Below are positions 1 through 8,926 of a stretch of DNA of 64,000 nt, piece after piece (within the stretch, counting starts at the first letter, position 1; each line of letters begins with the position of its first letter). The translations under genes and the position numbers were made by a program. The notes under the pieces were generated by a model that saw nothing but the letters and a program-made list of their open reading frames with translations, had not been told where the DNA came from and did not search any database. The stretch lies in contig CAVYJM010000006.1 of the NCBI GenBank assembly GCA_963768855.1, forward strand, positions 704,001-768,000, given 5' to 3'. This stretch comes from an uncultured Thermoplasmata archaeon (lineage in GTDB: Archaea; Thermoplasmatota; Thermoplasmata; RBG-16-68-12).

Positions 1-828
1 CGTGATGACGACCCGGATCCCGACCACGGAGCCCGCGGTCAGGTTCTCCGCCACGATGGCCCGGAGGTTCACCCCGAGCTGCGCACCGGGAGGCACGGCC
101 GGGAACATCGTCGTGAGGTTCACGAGCCCCTGGCCCGGACGCAGGCCGGGGTCGAGCTCGATCGTCACCCGGACGTTGAACGCGGTCCCCGTGCCGTTGG
201 CGTCCACGGGCAGGTCAGGCGTCGCCTCGTTCGTTGCGTTGATCCAGAACTGGACGATGTCCCCCGCGCGGGCCGACTCGGACGGCTGGGAATCGACGTC
301 GACGATCCGGACGATCGACCCGGCGATCCATACGCTCGAGTTCGCACGGTCGTCCACGATGCCCGAGGGGGTTCCCGAGGCGGTCACCGCCTGGACGCGC
401 TGGAACCGCCCCACCGACGCGTTGCCTGGCGCGTACGCGGGGACGTCCCAGACGTAGCTACCCGCCCGGACGCCGGCACACTCCCAGCGGAGGTCCCATC
501 CCGAGGCGAACGTGATCGCGCAGCCGGCCGGCTGGGTCCAGCCCCCGGGACCCTGGACGAGTCCGTTGTCGTTCGGGTCCGCGGCCGTGTCGAAGCTGAC
601 GTTCAGCCAGGTCTGCTGGAACTGGCCGTTCCCGGTCACGTTCAGCCAGACCGTGAAGTTGAGATGGTCCCCGCGGCCGACGACCGACCGGTCCGCGGTG
701 ATGTTGACGGCCGCGCTCGGGGCGCTCGCCGCGACCGGGAACGATGCGGGCGCGGGATGGCCCGGCGTGGCCGCGAGGAACACGAGCGCCGTGAGCCCCA
801 GAAGGAGCAGCCTCCGCGACCGCAGCAT
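1..828 (-). CDS. Secreted/surface protein with Ig-like (DUF11-like) beta-sandwich repeats; partial, runs off the left edge
   Basis: Not in the ORF track. ATG at 828 with GGAGG upstream; translates MLRSRRLLLLGLTALVFLAATPG (signal peptide), then Asn/Thr/Val-rich segments (GDHLNFTVWLNVTG, GDIVQFWINATN, AFNVRVTIEL); no stop down to base 1. Confidence 0.7.
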   Translation of the reverse strand, partial: MLRSRRLLLLGLTALVFLAATPGHPAPASFPVAASAPSAAVNITADRSVVGRGDHLNFTVWLNVTGNGQFQQTWLNVSFDTAADPNDNGLVQGPGGWTQPAGCAITFASGWDLRWECAGVRAGSYVWDVPAYAPGNASVGRFQRVQAVTASGTPSGIVDDRANSSVWIAGSIVRIVDVDSQPSESARAGDIVQFWINATNEATPDLPVDANGTGTAFNVRVTIELDPGLRPGQGLVNLTTMFPAVPPGAQLGVNLRAIVAENLTAGSVVGIRVVIT

Positions 829-977
829 CGAAACCTCCCATCCATCCGAAGCGACGTTCATGGACTTTGCGACCTTGTTATCGGAAGCCTTCCCGTCCCC
901 GTCGATTCCGCTCGTGCGGCAAGCTTTATATCCGAAGCCCATTTTTGGCAGACCCCCGGCACCTCGGCGCGTGAGGG

Positions 978-1847
978 TTGTCCTTGCTGGATGAGCTCCA
1001 ACTGAAACGGGAGAAGGAAAACCAGGAAGCCGAGCGCCATCGCCGCCGCCGCGACGAACTCAACGACAAGACGAGAGAGTGGGTCGAGAAGCGGGACGAG
1101 CTGAACGCGCAGGTCCGCGGCCTGGTCGAGGAGGCCACCGGGCACCGCATCAAGCGGGACGAGCTGAACGCCCAGGTCCGCACCGCCAAGGAGGAGCGGG
1201 ACGTGTGGAACAAGAAGGTCAACGAGCTCCTCGAGGTCGTGAACGACGCGAAGCGGAGACGACTCCCCCGCGGTGCGATCCCGATCAGCAAGCTCCGGCG
1301 GGACCTCAAGTCACTCGAATTCCGGCAGATGACCTCCGTGCTGACCGTCGAGAAGGAGCGCGCCCTGATCGAGGAGATGGCGCGGATCCAGGCCGAGCTC
1401 AAGAAGCTCGAGAAGTCCCTCGACGAGAACGAGGAGGTCCGGAAGCTCAACGACGAGCTGAAGGCGGCGAGGGACAAGGCGGAGGCCGCGCACAAGCAGG
1501 TCTCCGAGCTCGCGGAGCAGGCGCAGGGCGAGCACGACCAGATGAGCGCGCTGTACGAGAAGAGCGACGAGACGAGGCGGCAGGCCGACCAGGCGCAGGA
1601 GGAGTTCATCAAGACGAAGATGCTCGCGGACGAGGAGCACCGCAAGCACATCGAGCACATCCGCCAGGTCCACGACTACGACAAGATCATCCACGGGATC
1701 TGGATGAAGAACCGCGCCGAGTCCGGCGAGATGGTCGAGGCGACCGACGTGAAGCGCGAGGCGGAGGCCATCTTCGAGCGGTTCAAGAAGGGTGAGAAGT
1801 TGTCTACGGAGGACCTGATGACCCTCCAGAAGTCCGGCTATCTGTGA
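978..1847 (+). CDS. Conserved archaeal coiled-coil protein (COG1340-like)
   Basis: TTG start with GTGAGG upstream; E/K/R-rich heptads with repeated KRDELNAQVR; C-terminal KKGEKLSTEDL typical of this family. Confidence 0.8.
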   Translation: MSLLDELQLKREKENQEAERHRRRRDELNDKTREWVEKRDELNAQVRGLVEEATGHRIKRDELNAQVRTAKEERDVWNKKVNELLEVVNDAKRRRLPRGAIPISKLRRDLKSLEFRQMTSVLTVEKERALIEEMARIQAELKKLEKSLDENEEVRKLNDELKAARDKAEAAHKQVSELAEQAQGEHDQMSALYEKSDETRRQADQAQEEFIKTKMLADEEHRKHIEHIRQVHDYDKIIHGIWMKNRAESGEMVEATDVKREAEAIFERFKKGEKLSTEDLMTLQKSGYL

Positions 1848-3090
1848 CAGCTGGCAAGTTAGCCTCGCCTTTACAGTTCTGTTGGGGTGCGGCCGAGGGG
1901 GCCGCCAACTCCACTCCGCTCGGCTCCTCCCGTGCACCTGCCAGCAACGCTGGCAGATTGCAGAGGGGACTCACCACATCATGGCGGAGGGCACCGGGCT
2001 GGAACCGTACAGCCCTTGCCAAGGCCTCGTTCGAGGCCAAGGCGGATTTCAGGATGTTCAAACCTGCGTTGTGCTGCCGGTCCATTTCCCAGTCGCACAT
2101 CTCGCAGACGAAGTCCGGGCCCACCCTATCTCGGCGCCGAGCGCCACACACTGGGCAGGTCTTGCTCGTCCAGGCAGGATTGACCTTGATGATCGGCACG
2201 CCCGCGAGGGCGGCCTTGTACTCGATCTGACGATGGAGTTCGCCGCGGGGCCAGGACGACAGGCGGCGGTTCATGCGGCGGGAACGGCCACCGGAGTTAT
2301 GCAGCGTCATGTTCTCGAGGATAATCACGGCTCTTGCAGCTGCCGCGGCTTGGACTAGGCCCTTGCTGACTCGATGGAGGCGTTGTCTCACGCGGCTGTG
2401 TTCGCGTCGTCCTTCGCGAACCGCCAGGGCTCGTTGTACCCGACGGTCACAAGCTTTCTTTTTCGAGAGATGCCGTCGGCGACGGAAGTGCGTCGCCTGG
2501 ACCTGACGGACGCCGAAAAACGGCACCGACAGGAGGCGGCTTGTTGTAGGTGTGGCTACCACGCCATCGAGGGAATCTTCATTCGTGTCCATCGCGATGG
2601 CTGTCGTAGGTTCGTAAGCTTTCGGGGCTTGTTTGCGCACTACGAGGAGGATTCTGCCGGGCACAAGGGTGAGGGACCCCAGCTTCCACGAGTTAACGTT
2701 CAGGAATGAGCGATGCCACCTGCATAGTGGAAGGTTGAATTGAACCCCCTCAGTTCCCCGGATGGGGATTCGTAAACGCCCTGTCTCCCGATCCAGGCGG
2801 TAGGACTGGTTCTCCATCTTCAGCATCGGCCGCCGAAGGAAAGGGGTGGAACTCTTGCCACCCTTCCGCACACGCCTCCTGTGGGCTTTTAGAAGGCTCA
2901 ACGCGACTTCAAAGGCCGAGGGGAGGTACTGGCTGTACACGTTGTGTTCCCGGCGGAGCTCCGAATATGCGGCCTTCGCTAAGCGTGTTCTCGACCGGAC
3001 GTCTGTTCGGATAGCGATGCGGATGGATTTGTTAGTAATCAGTCTAAACTCCTTCATTAGCCAGTCGAGGCGGGGATTGTCACAGCGCAT
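1804..3090 (-). CDS. tnpB: TnpB-family RNA-guided nuclease (IS200/IS605 superfamily), RuvC-III variant
   Basis: RuvC-I IAMDTNE, RuvC-II IILEN, WPRGELHRQIEYKA, VNPAWTSKTCPVCG...CEMC zinc finger, DRQHNAGLNI at the RuvC-III position. Confidence 0.92.
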   Translation of the reverse strand: MRCDNPRLDWLMKEFRLITNKSIRIAIRTDVRSRTRLAKAAYSELRREHNVYSQYLPSAFEVALSLLKAHRRRVRKGGKSSTPFLRRPMLKMENQSYRLDRETGRLRIPIRGTEGVQFNLPLCRWHRSFLNVNSWKLGSLTLVPGRILLVVRKQAPKAYEPTTAIAMDTNEDSLDGVVATPTTSRLLSVPFFGVRQVQATHFRRRRHLSKKKACDRRVQRALAVREGRREHSRVRQRLHRVSKGLVQAAAAARAVIILENMTLHNSGGRSRRMNRRLSSWPRGELHRQIEYKAALAGVPIIKVNPAWTSKTCPVCGARRRDRVGPDFVCEMCDWEMDRQHNAGLNILKSALASNEALARAVRFQPGALRHDVVSPLCNLPALLAGAREEPSGVELAAPSAAPQQNCKGEANLPAVTDSRTSGGSSGPP

Positions 3091-3300
3091 GGGGAACGTG
3101 AGGGTGCGATGCGCGAGCGTGCACCCAAGATGGAAGCTTCAGTCATGAACAGTCACAAGGGAGCCCAGTGAAAGTGGTAATCCCCGGCCGGCTCGCTTCT
3201 CACAAAGTAACGGTGGGGGCTTTACAAAATCTTATATACGCGTTTTTCAATGACATTTCGGGGGAATTTTGGGCTAGTTCGTTAGAGTGCATCCCATCCC
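1850..3300 (-). mobile_element. Solo-TnpB IS200/IS605-type element (no tnpA); boundaries approximate
   Basis: tnpB with no transposase; GC and codon usage visibly lower than the flanks; inserted between two convergent host genes. Ends not determined. Confidence 0.55.
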
Positions 3301-3409
3301 TTCTGACAAGGCTAGCCCTCCCTTCCTTTTTAGACGCGAACAAGGTCCAAGTTTTCGCAGCCCTCACTGAAAGCTCTGCGGGTGCGCCGTGCGTGACGGG
3401 TCGGCGGGG

Positions 3410-3727
3410 CTACTTCCGTTTCTTCGACGCGGCAGCCTCGTTCAGGGCGACCGCCTCCCGAATCAGGTCCTTCAGCGCCCCTTCCCGGACCGTGTCCCCT
3501 TCGTGGAAGTCGATGGCGCGAAATGCGTTGCCCTCGAGGCTCGCGTTGAATACGCCTTTCGGGTCCCTGAGAGAAGCTCCCTTGGCGAAGGTCATCCTCA
3601 CGTGGTTCTTGTAGGTCTCGCCGGTGCAAATGATCCCGTCGTGAGACCAGACCGGAACTCCGGCGGGATTGGATGGCTTCCTCCATTTCCGCTCCTCGAC
3701 GACTTCGGGGTCGGCCTCCTGGATCAC
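3410..3727 (-). CDS. DUF1801 (YdeI/YdhG-like) protein; true start uncertain
   Basis: KWRKPSNPAGVPVWSHDGIICTGETYKNHVRMTFAKGASLRDPKGVFNASLEG..RAID; family-like sequence (IAELGDWRGELLAQIR) continues in frame upstream of the GTG at 3727. Confidence 0.8.
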   Translation of the reverse strand: MIQEADPEVVEERKWRKPSNPAGVPVWSHDGIICTGETYKNHVRMTFAKGASLRDPKGVFNASLEGNAFRAIDFHEGDTVREGALKDLIREAVALNEAAASKKRK

Positions 3728-3989
3728 GCGGCGGATCTGGGCGAGCAGCTCACCCCGCCAGTCGCCGAGCTCCGCGATCCGCGCGCTGACGAGGTCCGAT
3801 GCGGACTCCGATGCACGTGGTTTCGACGGCGCCTGTCTTCCCCCTGCCGGGGCCGTCGAAGCCGCCGCAGCCTAAGTAGGTTACGTCTCTCCGGGAGGAA
3901 GTCGTTCCTTCTGAGCGGGCCGCCCCGACGTTTCGCCCACGGGCGGGGTGGGTCAAGCTTAAGTCCCTTGGCCACTTTGGTCCCAGGCT

Positions 3990-5342
3990 ATGGTCCTCGA
4001 GAAGCTGGGGGACTCCCTCCGCGCCGCCCTGCGCAAGATCGCGGGCGCGAGCTACATCGACGAGGCCCTCATCAAGGAGATCGTCCGCGACATCCAGCGC
4101 GCCCTGATCCAGGCGGACGTGAACGTCCAGCTGGCCCTTGCCATCACGAAGGAGCTCCAGCGCCGCGCGCTGAACGACACCCCGCCGCCCGGCATGAGCC
4201 CCCGGGAGCACGTCGTCCGGATCATCTATGAGGAGCTCGTGAAGATCCTCGGCCAGGCGCGGGAGGTGCCGCTCCAGAAGCAGCGCATCCTGCTCGTCGG
4301 CCTATACGGGCAGGGCAAGACGACCACGGCGGGCAAGCTCGGGAAGTACTTCCAGAAGAAGGGGCTCTCCGTCGGCCTCGTCGCGGCGGACGTGCACCGC
4401 CCCGCGGCCTACGACCAGCTCAAGCAGCTGAGCGAGCAGATCAACTCCGGGTTCTTCGGCGAGCCCGGCGAGAAGGACGCCGTGAAGATCGCGAAGCACG
4501 GCCTCAAGTCCCTCGAGGCGATGGACGTCCTGATCGTGGACACCTCGGGGAGGCACGCCCTCGAGCCGGACCTGATCAAGGAGATCGAGTCCGTGGCGAA
4601 GGCCGTGGAGGCGAACGAGCGGCTCCTCGTGCTCGACGCCACCGTGGGCCAGCAGGCCGGGCCCCAGGCGAAGGCCTTCCACGAGGCCGTGAACATCAGC
4701 GGCGTCATCGTCACGAAGCTCGACGGCACCGCGAAGGGAGGCGGCGCCCTGTCCGCAGTGGCCGAGGTCAAGGCGCCCATCGTCTTCATCGGCGTGGGCG
4801 AGAAGATCGACGACCTCGAGAAGTTCGAACCGCCCCGGTTCATCTCCCGCCTCCTCGGGATGGGCGACCTGGAGACGCTCCTCGAGAAGGCCCAGGAGGC
4901 CATCGACGCCCAGAAGGCCGAGGAGCTCACGAAGAAGATCATGGCGGGCAAGTTCACCCTCCACGAGATGTACGAGCAGATCGACATGCTGAAGGGAATG
5001 GGTCCGATGGGCAAGCTCGCCTCCCTGATCCCCGGCATCTCCGGGAAGATGAAGGACTCCGAGATGGAAGGGACCCAGAAGAAGCTCGCCCGGTTCAAGG
5101 TCATCATGGACTCCATGACGGACGCGGAGATGAGCGAGCCAAAGCTGGTCAAGTCGTCCCGCGTGCAGCGGATCGCGCGTGGGGCCGGCGTCGCGCCCCG
5201 GGACGTGAAGGAGCTCCTCCGGCACTACGAGATGTCGCGCAAGGCGATCAAGGGCTTCGCGGGCAACCGGAAGATGCGCCGCCAGCTCCTCAAGCAGCTC
5301 GAGGACAGCGGGGTGGACGTCGGCGCCCTCGACAAGGAATGA
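3990..5342 (+). CDS. srp54: Signal recognition particle 54 kDa protein
   Basis: N domain ALIQADVNV, GLYGQGKTTT, DTSGRH, TKLDGTAKGGG, Met-rich M domain with RIARGAG. Confidence 0.97.
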   Translation: MVLEKLGDSLRAALRKIAGASYIDEALIKEIVRDIQRALIQADVNVQLALAITKELQRRALNDTPPPGMSPREHVVRIIYEELVKILGQAREVPLQKQRILLVGLYGQGKTTTAGKLGKYFQKKGLSVGLVAADVHRPAAYDQLKQLSEQINSGFFGEPGEKDAVKIAKHGLKSLEAMDVLIVDTSGRHALEPDLIKEIESVAKAVEANERLLVLDATVGQQAGPQAKAFHEAVNISGVIVTKLDGTAKGGGALSAVAEVKAPIVFIGVGEKIDDLEKFEPPRFISRLLGMGDLETLLEKAQEAIDAQKAEELTKKIMAGKFTLHEMYEQIDMLKGMGPMGKLASLIPGISGKMKDSEMEGTQKKLARFKVIMDSMTDAEMSEPKLVKSSRVQRIARGAGVAPRDVKELLRHYEMSRKAIKGFAGNRKMRRQLLKQLEDSGVDVGALDKE

Positions 5343-5407
5343 CGCCGCCGCGCTCGAGACAAGCTATATAGGCTCCTGGTTTCTACCGGGCGTCGGGAGG
5401 AGGCATT

Positions 5408-6037
5408 GTGGACATCAAGGAATGGATGACCCCCCAGGAGAAGCAGTTCTTCGACGACCTCGAGTCCGAGGCGGAGAACATGCTGGTAGGGGCCCGCGCC
5501 TTCCGCGCGATCTTCGACGATTTCTCTCATCTGGCAGACCATCGCAAGCGGATCAAAGACATCGAGCACCGCGGCGACGAGATCGTTCATCACATCTACG
5601 GCTCCCTGAACCGCGCGTTCGTCACGCCCCTCGCGAAGGAGGACCTCAGCGGCCTCGCGACGAAGCTGGACGACGTGCTCGACTACATCAACGGGGCCGC
5701 GACGCGGCTCGCCGTCTATGAGATCGACCGGCCGACGAAATCCATGGTGGAGTTCGCGGACATCATCCTCAAGGCGGCGGAGCAGATCCGCGCGGGCATG
5801 AAGGCCGTGCGCGACCGCAAGGCCCAGGATGCCGTCATGTCGTACACGATCGAGGTGAACCGCCTCGAGAACGTCGCGGACGACCTCCTCATGACGTCCC
5901 TCACGGAGGTCTTCAAGTCGGGCGATCCGGTGCGGATCATCAAGTTCAAGGACATCTACGAGTACCTGGAGATCGTCACGGACCGCTGCGAGGACGTTGC
6001 GAACATCCTCGAGGACATCGTCGTGAAGGGCCGCTGA
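5408..6037 (+). CDS. DUF47 (PhoU-like) phosphate transport regulator
   Basis: IKDIEHRGDEIVH, FVTPLAKED, LDDVLDYI, VNRLENVADD, LEIVTDRCEDVANI. Confidence 0.88.
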   Translation: MDIKEWMTPQEKQFFDDLESEAENMLVGARAFRAIFDDFSHLADHRKRIKDIEHRGDEIVHHIYGSLNRAFVTPLAKEDLSGLATKLDDVLDYINGAATRLAVYEIDRPTKSMVEFADIILKAAEQIRAGMKAVRDRKAQDAVMSYTIEVNRLENVADDLLMTSLTEVFKSGDPVRIIKFKDIYEYLEIVTDRCEDVANILEDIVVKGR

Positions 6038-6053
6038 TCCCCGGGGGACCTGG

Positions 6054-7835
6054 ATGGGGACGGCCGAGGTTCCTTCCGAGTTGGCGGGGAACCCCACCGC
6101 GGCGCGCGCGCCCGAGCACGCGTGGCGCGCCAAGGCGCTCGCCCGGGTCTCCACCTCCTGGGCCGTCCGCCTCTGGCACGGCGGGATCGTCGCCTTCTTC
6201 CTGGTCTTCGTCCTCCTCCCGACGCTGTACGTCCTCGGCTACGTCGCGGTGGACTGGGGTGGCGTTCAGACGATCTTCGCGGACCCGGTCCTCGCGAGCC
6301 GCATCCTCCCCGCGGTCGCCTACTCGTTCGGCGTGGCGGGGATGGTGGCGCTCTTCGACCTCGTCGCGGGCCTGCCCCTCGCCTGGCTGCTCGTGCGCCA
6401 CGACTTCCGCGGGAAGAGCTGGTTCGACACCCTCATCGACTCGCCTCTTGCCGTGACGACCGCGGGCCTGGGCTTCAGCGTGGTCCTCTTCTGGGGCCTC
6501 TCCCCGACGATCGCACAGCATCCTCCCGGATCCCTGGGCCTGACCGGGAACGCGTTCCTGATCCTCGTCCTGCTTCACCTCACCACGACGTTCCCGTACA
6601 TGGTGCGGTCCCTCGCGGCCATCTTGCAGGAGATTGACATCGAATACGAGAACGCGGCGAGGGCCGCGGGGGCGAGCCGCCTCACCGCGGCTCGGACGAT
6701 CACGCTCCCGATGTTCCGGTCCGGCATGGCCACCGGTCTCCTGCTCGTCCTGGCGAAGGCCCTGAGCGACACGGGGGGCGCCCTCACCGCCCTCACCCTC
6801 ATCGGCGCGGTGAACGCGGACGCGAGCGTCCCCGCGAACCTGTATGCCCCCTTCACGGGGAACGGGACCGCGTTGATCGGGATCTGGAAGAGCTTCGCGA
6901 CGCACGCCGGCACCCCCGCATCCGTTGCGACGGAGCTGAACGGCGGGCTCGCGCTCGTCAGCGCGCTCATGATCGTGCTGGCCTTGGTCCTCCTCGTCGT
7001 CGTGAAGTACGTCGCGGTGCGGCTCAAGTTCCCCCTGCGGCGCGTCTGGCCCATCGCCGAGCGCCGCCTGAGTTCGCGCCCCTTCCCGCGGCTCCGGGAC
7101 GTCGGGGCGCTCGCGGCCCTCGTCTTCTTCATCCTGGTCCCGTCCTTCTTCTTCCTGACCTTCCTCGTCGTCGCGACGCCCACGATCGCCCTGGACTGGG
7201 GGCGGTTCTGGGGTGCGGTGGGCATCTCGTTCCTGATCGGCGGCATCGCCACCGGGATCGACCTGGGCATGGGCGTCCCCCTCGCCATCCTGATCACCCG
7301 CGGCAAGATGCGCTGGCTCGCGCGGATGCTCGACGCCCTCGTGAACATCCCGTACATCGTGCCGAGCGCGGCCCTCGGGATCTCCCTGAGCCTCTTCTGG
7401 AGCGCACAGAAGACGATCGTGCCCTCCCTCCTCATCCTGGTCACCCTGGCCCACGTCGCCTTCACCTTCCCCTTCGTCGTCCGCAACGTGGTCGGCGCGC
7501 TCGAACAGCTCGATCCTGCGACGGAGGAGACCGCGCGGACGCTCGGCGCCAAACCCGTCCAGGTGTTTCAGCGTGTCCTGCTTCCCGCGATCCGCCCCGC
7601 GATCCTCGCCGGCGCGATCATGGCCTTCACCCGTTCGCTCGGGGAGACGGGCGCGACGCAAGCCGTCGCGGGCACGAACCTCGAGACGATCCCGCTGCTC
7701 ATCGTGAACATCATCACCTCGAAGACGCCGCAGTACTACGAGGCGGCCCTCGCCCAGCTCGCCCTCCTCGGCGTCTCCTTCGCCGCGATCCTCGCGTTGC
7801 GACTCGTCATCGAACGGAGGCGCGGCCGTGGCTGA
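6054..7835 (+). CDS. ABC transporter permease with two fused domains (CysT/ModB/FbpB-like)
   Basis: Many hydrophobic segments; two EAA loops (EYENAARAAGAS, ATEETARTLGA); GAIMAFTRSLGETGAT. Confidence 0.88.
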   Translation: MGTAEVPSELAGNPTAARAPEHAWRAKALARVSTSWAVRLWHGGIVAFFLVFVLLPTLYVLGYVAVDWGGVQTIFADPVLASRILPAVAYSFGVAGMVALFDLVAGLPLAWLLVRHDFRGKSWFDTLIDSPLAVTTAGLGFSVVLFWGLSPTIAQHPPGSLGLTGNAFLILVLLHLTTTFPYMVRSLAAILQEIDIEYENAARAAGASRLTAARTITLPMFRSGMATGLLLVLAKALSDTGGALTALTLIGAVNADASVPANLYAPFTGNGTALIGIWKSFATHAGTPASVATELNGGLALVSALMIVLALVLLVVVKYVAVRLKFPLRRVWPIAERRLSSRPFPRLRDVGALAALVFFILVPSFFFLTFLVVATPTIALDWGRFWGAVGISFLIGGIATGIDLGMGVPLAILITRGKMRWLARMLDALVNIPYIVPSAALGISLSLFWSAQKTIVPSLLILVTLAHVAFTFPFVVRNVVGALEQLDPATEETARTLGAKPVQVFQRVLLPAIRPAILAGAIMAFTRSLGETGATQAVAGTNLETIPLLIVNIITSKTPQYYEAALAQLALLGVSFAAILALRLVIERRRGRG

Positions 7836-8925
7836 GGTCGTCCTGGAGGGGATCTCGAAGTCCTTCGGGAAGAAGCGCGCCCTGCGGGACGTCAACCTGA
7901 ACATCCGCGACGGCGAGTATCTCGTCGTCCTGGGCCCGAGCGGCGCGGGAAAGACCACCCTCCTGCGGACGATCGCCGGCCTGCTCGACCCGGACAGCGG
8001 CCGGATCCGCATGGACGGAAAGGACGTGACCCGCCTTCCCGCAGACGTGCGGCAGGCCGCATTCATGCCGCAGAGCTACTCCCTGTTCCAGCACTTGACG
8101 GTCTGGCAGAACACGACGTTCTCGCCGACCGTGAAGGGATGGCCCGAGTCGGACAGCGACCTCCTTGCGCGCGAGATGCTCTCCATGGTCCACCTGATCG
8201 AGCGCGCGGAGTCGTTTCCTCGGGAGCTGAGCGGAGGGATGCAGCAACGCTGCGCGCTCGCGCGCGCTCTCGCCGCCGACTCCGAGGTCCTGCTCCTCGA
8301 CGAACCCCTGCGGGCCCTCGACGCGCGTCTGCGGATCGAGCTCCGCGCCGAGCTGCGTTCTCTCATCCGGCACGTCGGCACGACGACGATCCATGTGACC
8401 CACGACCAGGAGGAAGCGCTCGTCGTGGCCGACCGCATCGCGGTCCTGCGGAACGGCGAGCTCGTCGAGGTCGGCCCCTCCGAGTACGTGTACTCGAAAC
8501 CTTCCTCCCCGTTCGTCGCGAACTTCCTCGGGGAGATGAACTTCTTCGAGGCCGATTCGTTCCCCGCCGAGGCGGGCACGGTTCGCCTCGTCGCGGGAGG
8601 GACGAACCTCATCGCGCCCGCCCGCGAGGGCCTCTCCGGCCGCGTCCTCGCGGGAATCCGCGCAGAAATCTGCAACGTGCTCCCGCAGGAATGGGGCGCG
8701 GGGCAAGGCGTCGAGGGGGTTGTGAAGCGCCGTCTCTTCATGGGCCGGCGGATCTCCCTGGAGATCGACGTGCCGGAGATGGGCGTCCTCAAGGCGAAGC
8801 CGCTGACCGCGAACGCGCGCTGGGCCAAGGAGGGCGACCCGGTGTTCATGGCGCTGCCCATGGAGCACATCCTCCTCTTCCCCGTGCCTCGCGGGGGCGT
8901 GTCCGCGGCGCTGGAGGTCGAGTGA
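7828..8925 (+). CDS. ABC transporter ATP-binding protein (PotA/MalK-like, TOBE tail)
   Basis: GPSGAGKTT, LSGGMQQR, LLLDEPL, HVTHDQEEA; overlaps the permease stop. Confidence 0.93.
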   Translation: MAEVVLEGISKSFGKKRALRDVNLNIRDGEYLVVLGPSGAGKTTLLRTIAGLLDPDSGRIRMDGKDVTRLPADVRQAAFMPQSYSLFQHLTVWQNTTFSPTVKGWPESDSDLLAREMLSMVHLIERAESFPRELSGGMQQRCALARALAADSEVLLLDEPLRALDARLRIELRAELRSLIRHVGTTTIHVTHDQEEALVVADRIAVLRNGELVEVGPSEYVYSKPSSPFVANFLGEMNFFEADSFPAEAGTVRLVAGGTNLIAPAREGLSGRVLAGIRAEICNVLPQEWGAGQGVEGVVKRRLFMGRRISLEIDVPEMGVLKAKPLTANARWAKEGDPVFMALPMEHILLFPVPRGGVSAALEVE

Positions 8926-8926
8926 C

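Noticed and set aside
1080-1185. Repeat AAGCGGGACGAGCTGAACGC with 63-nt spacing
   Set aside because: An ordinary internal coding repeat of the coiled-coil family, not an array.
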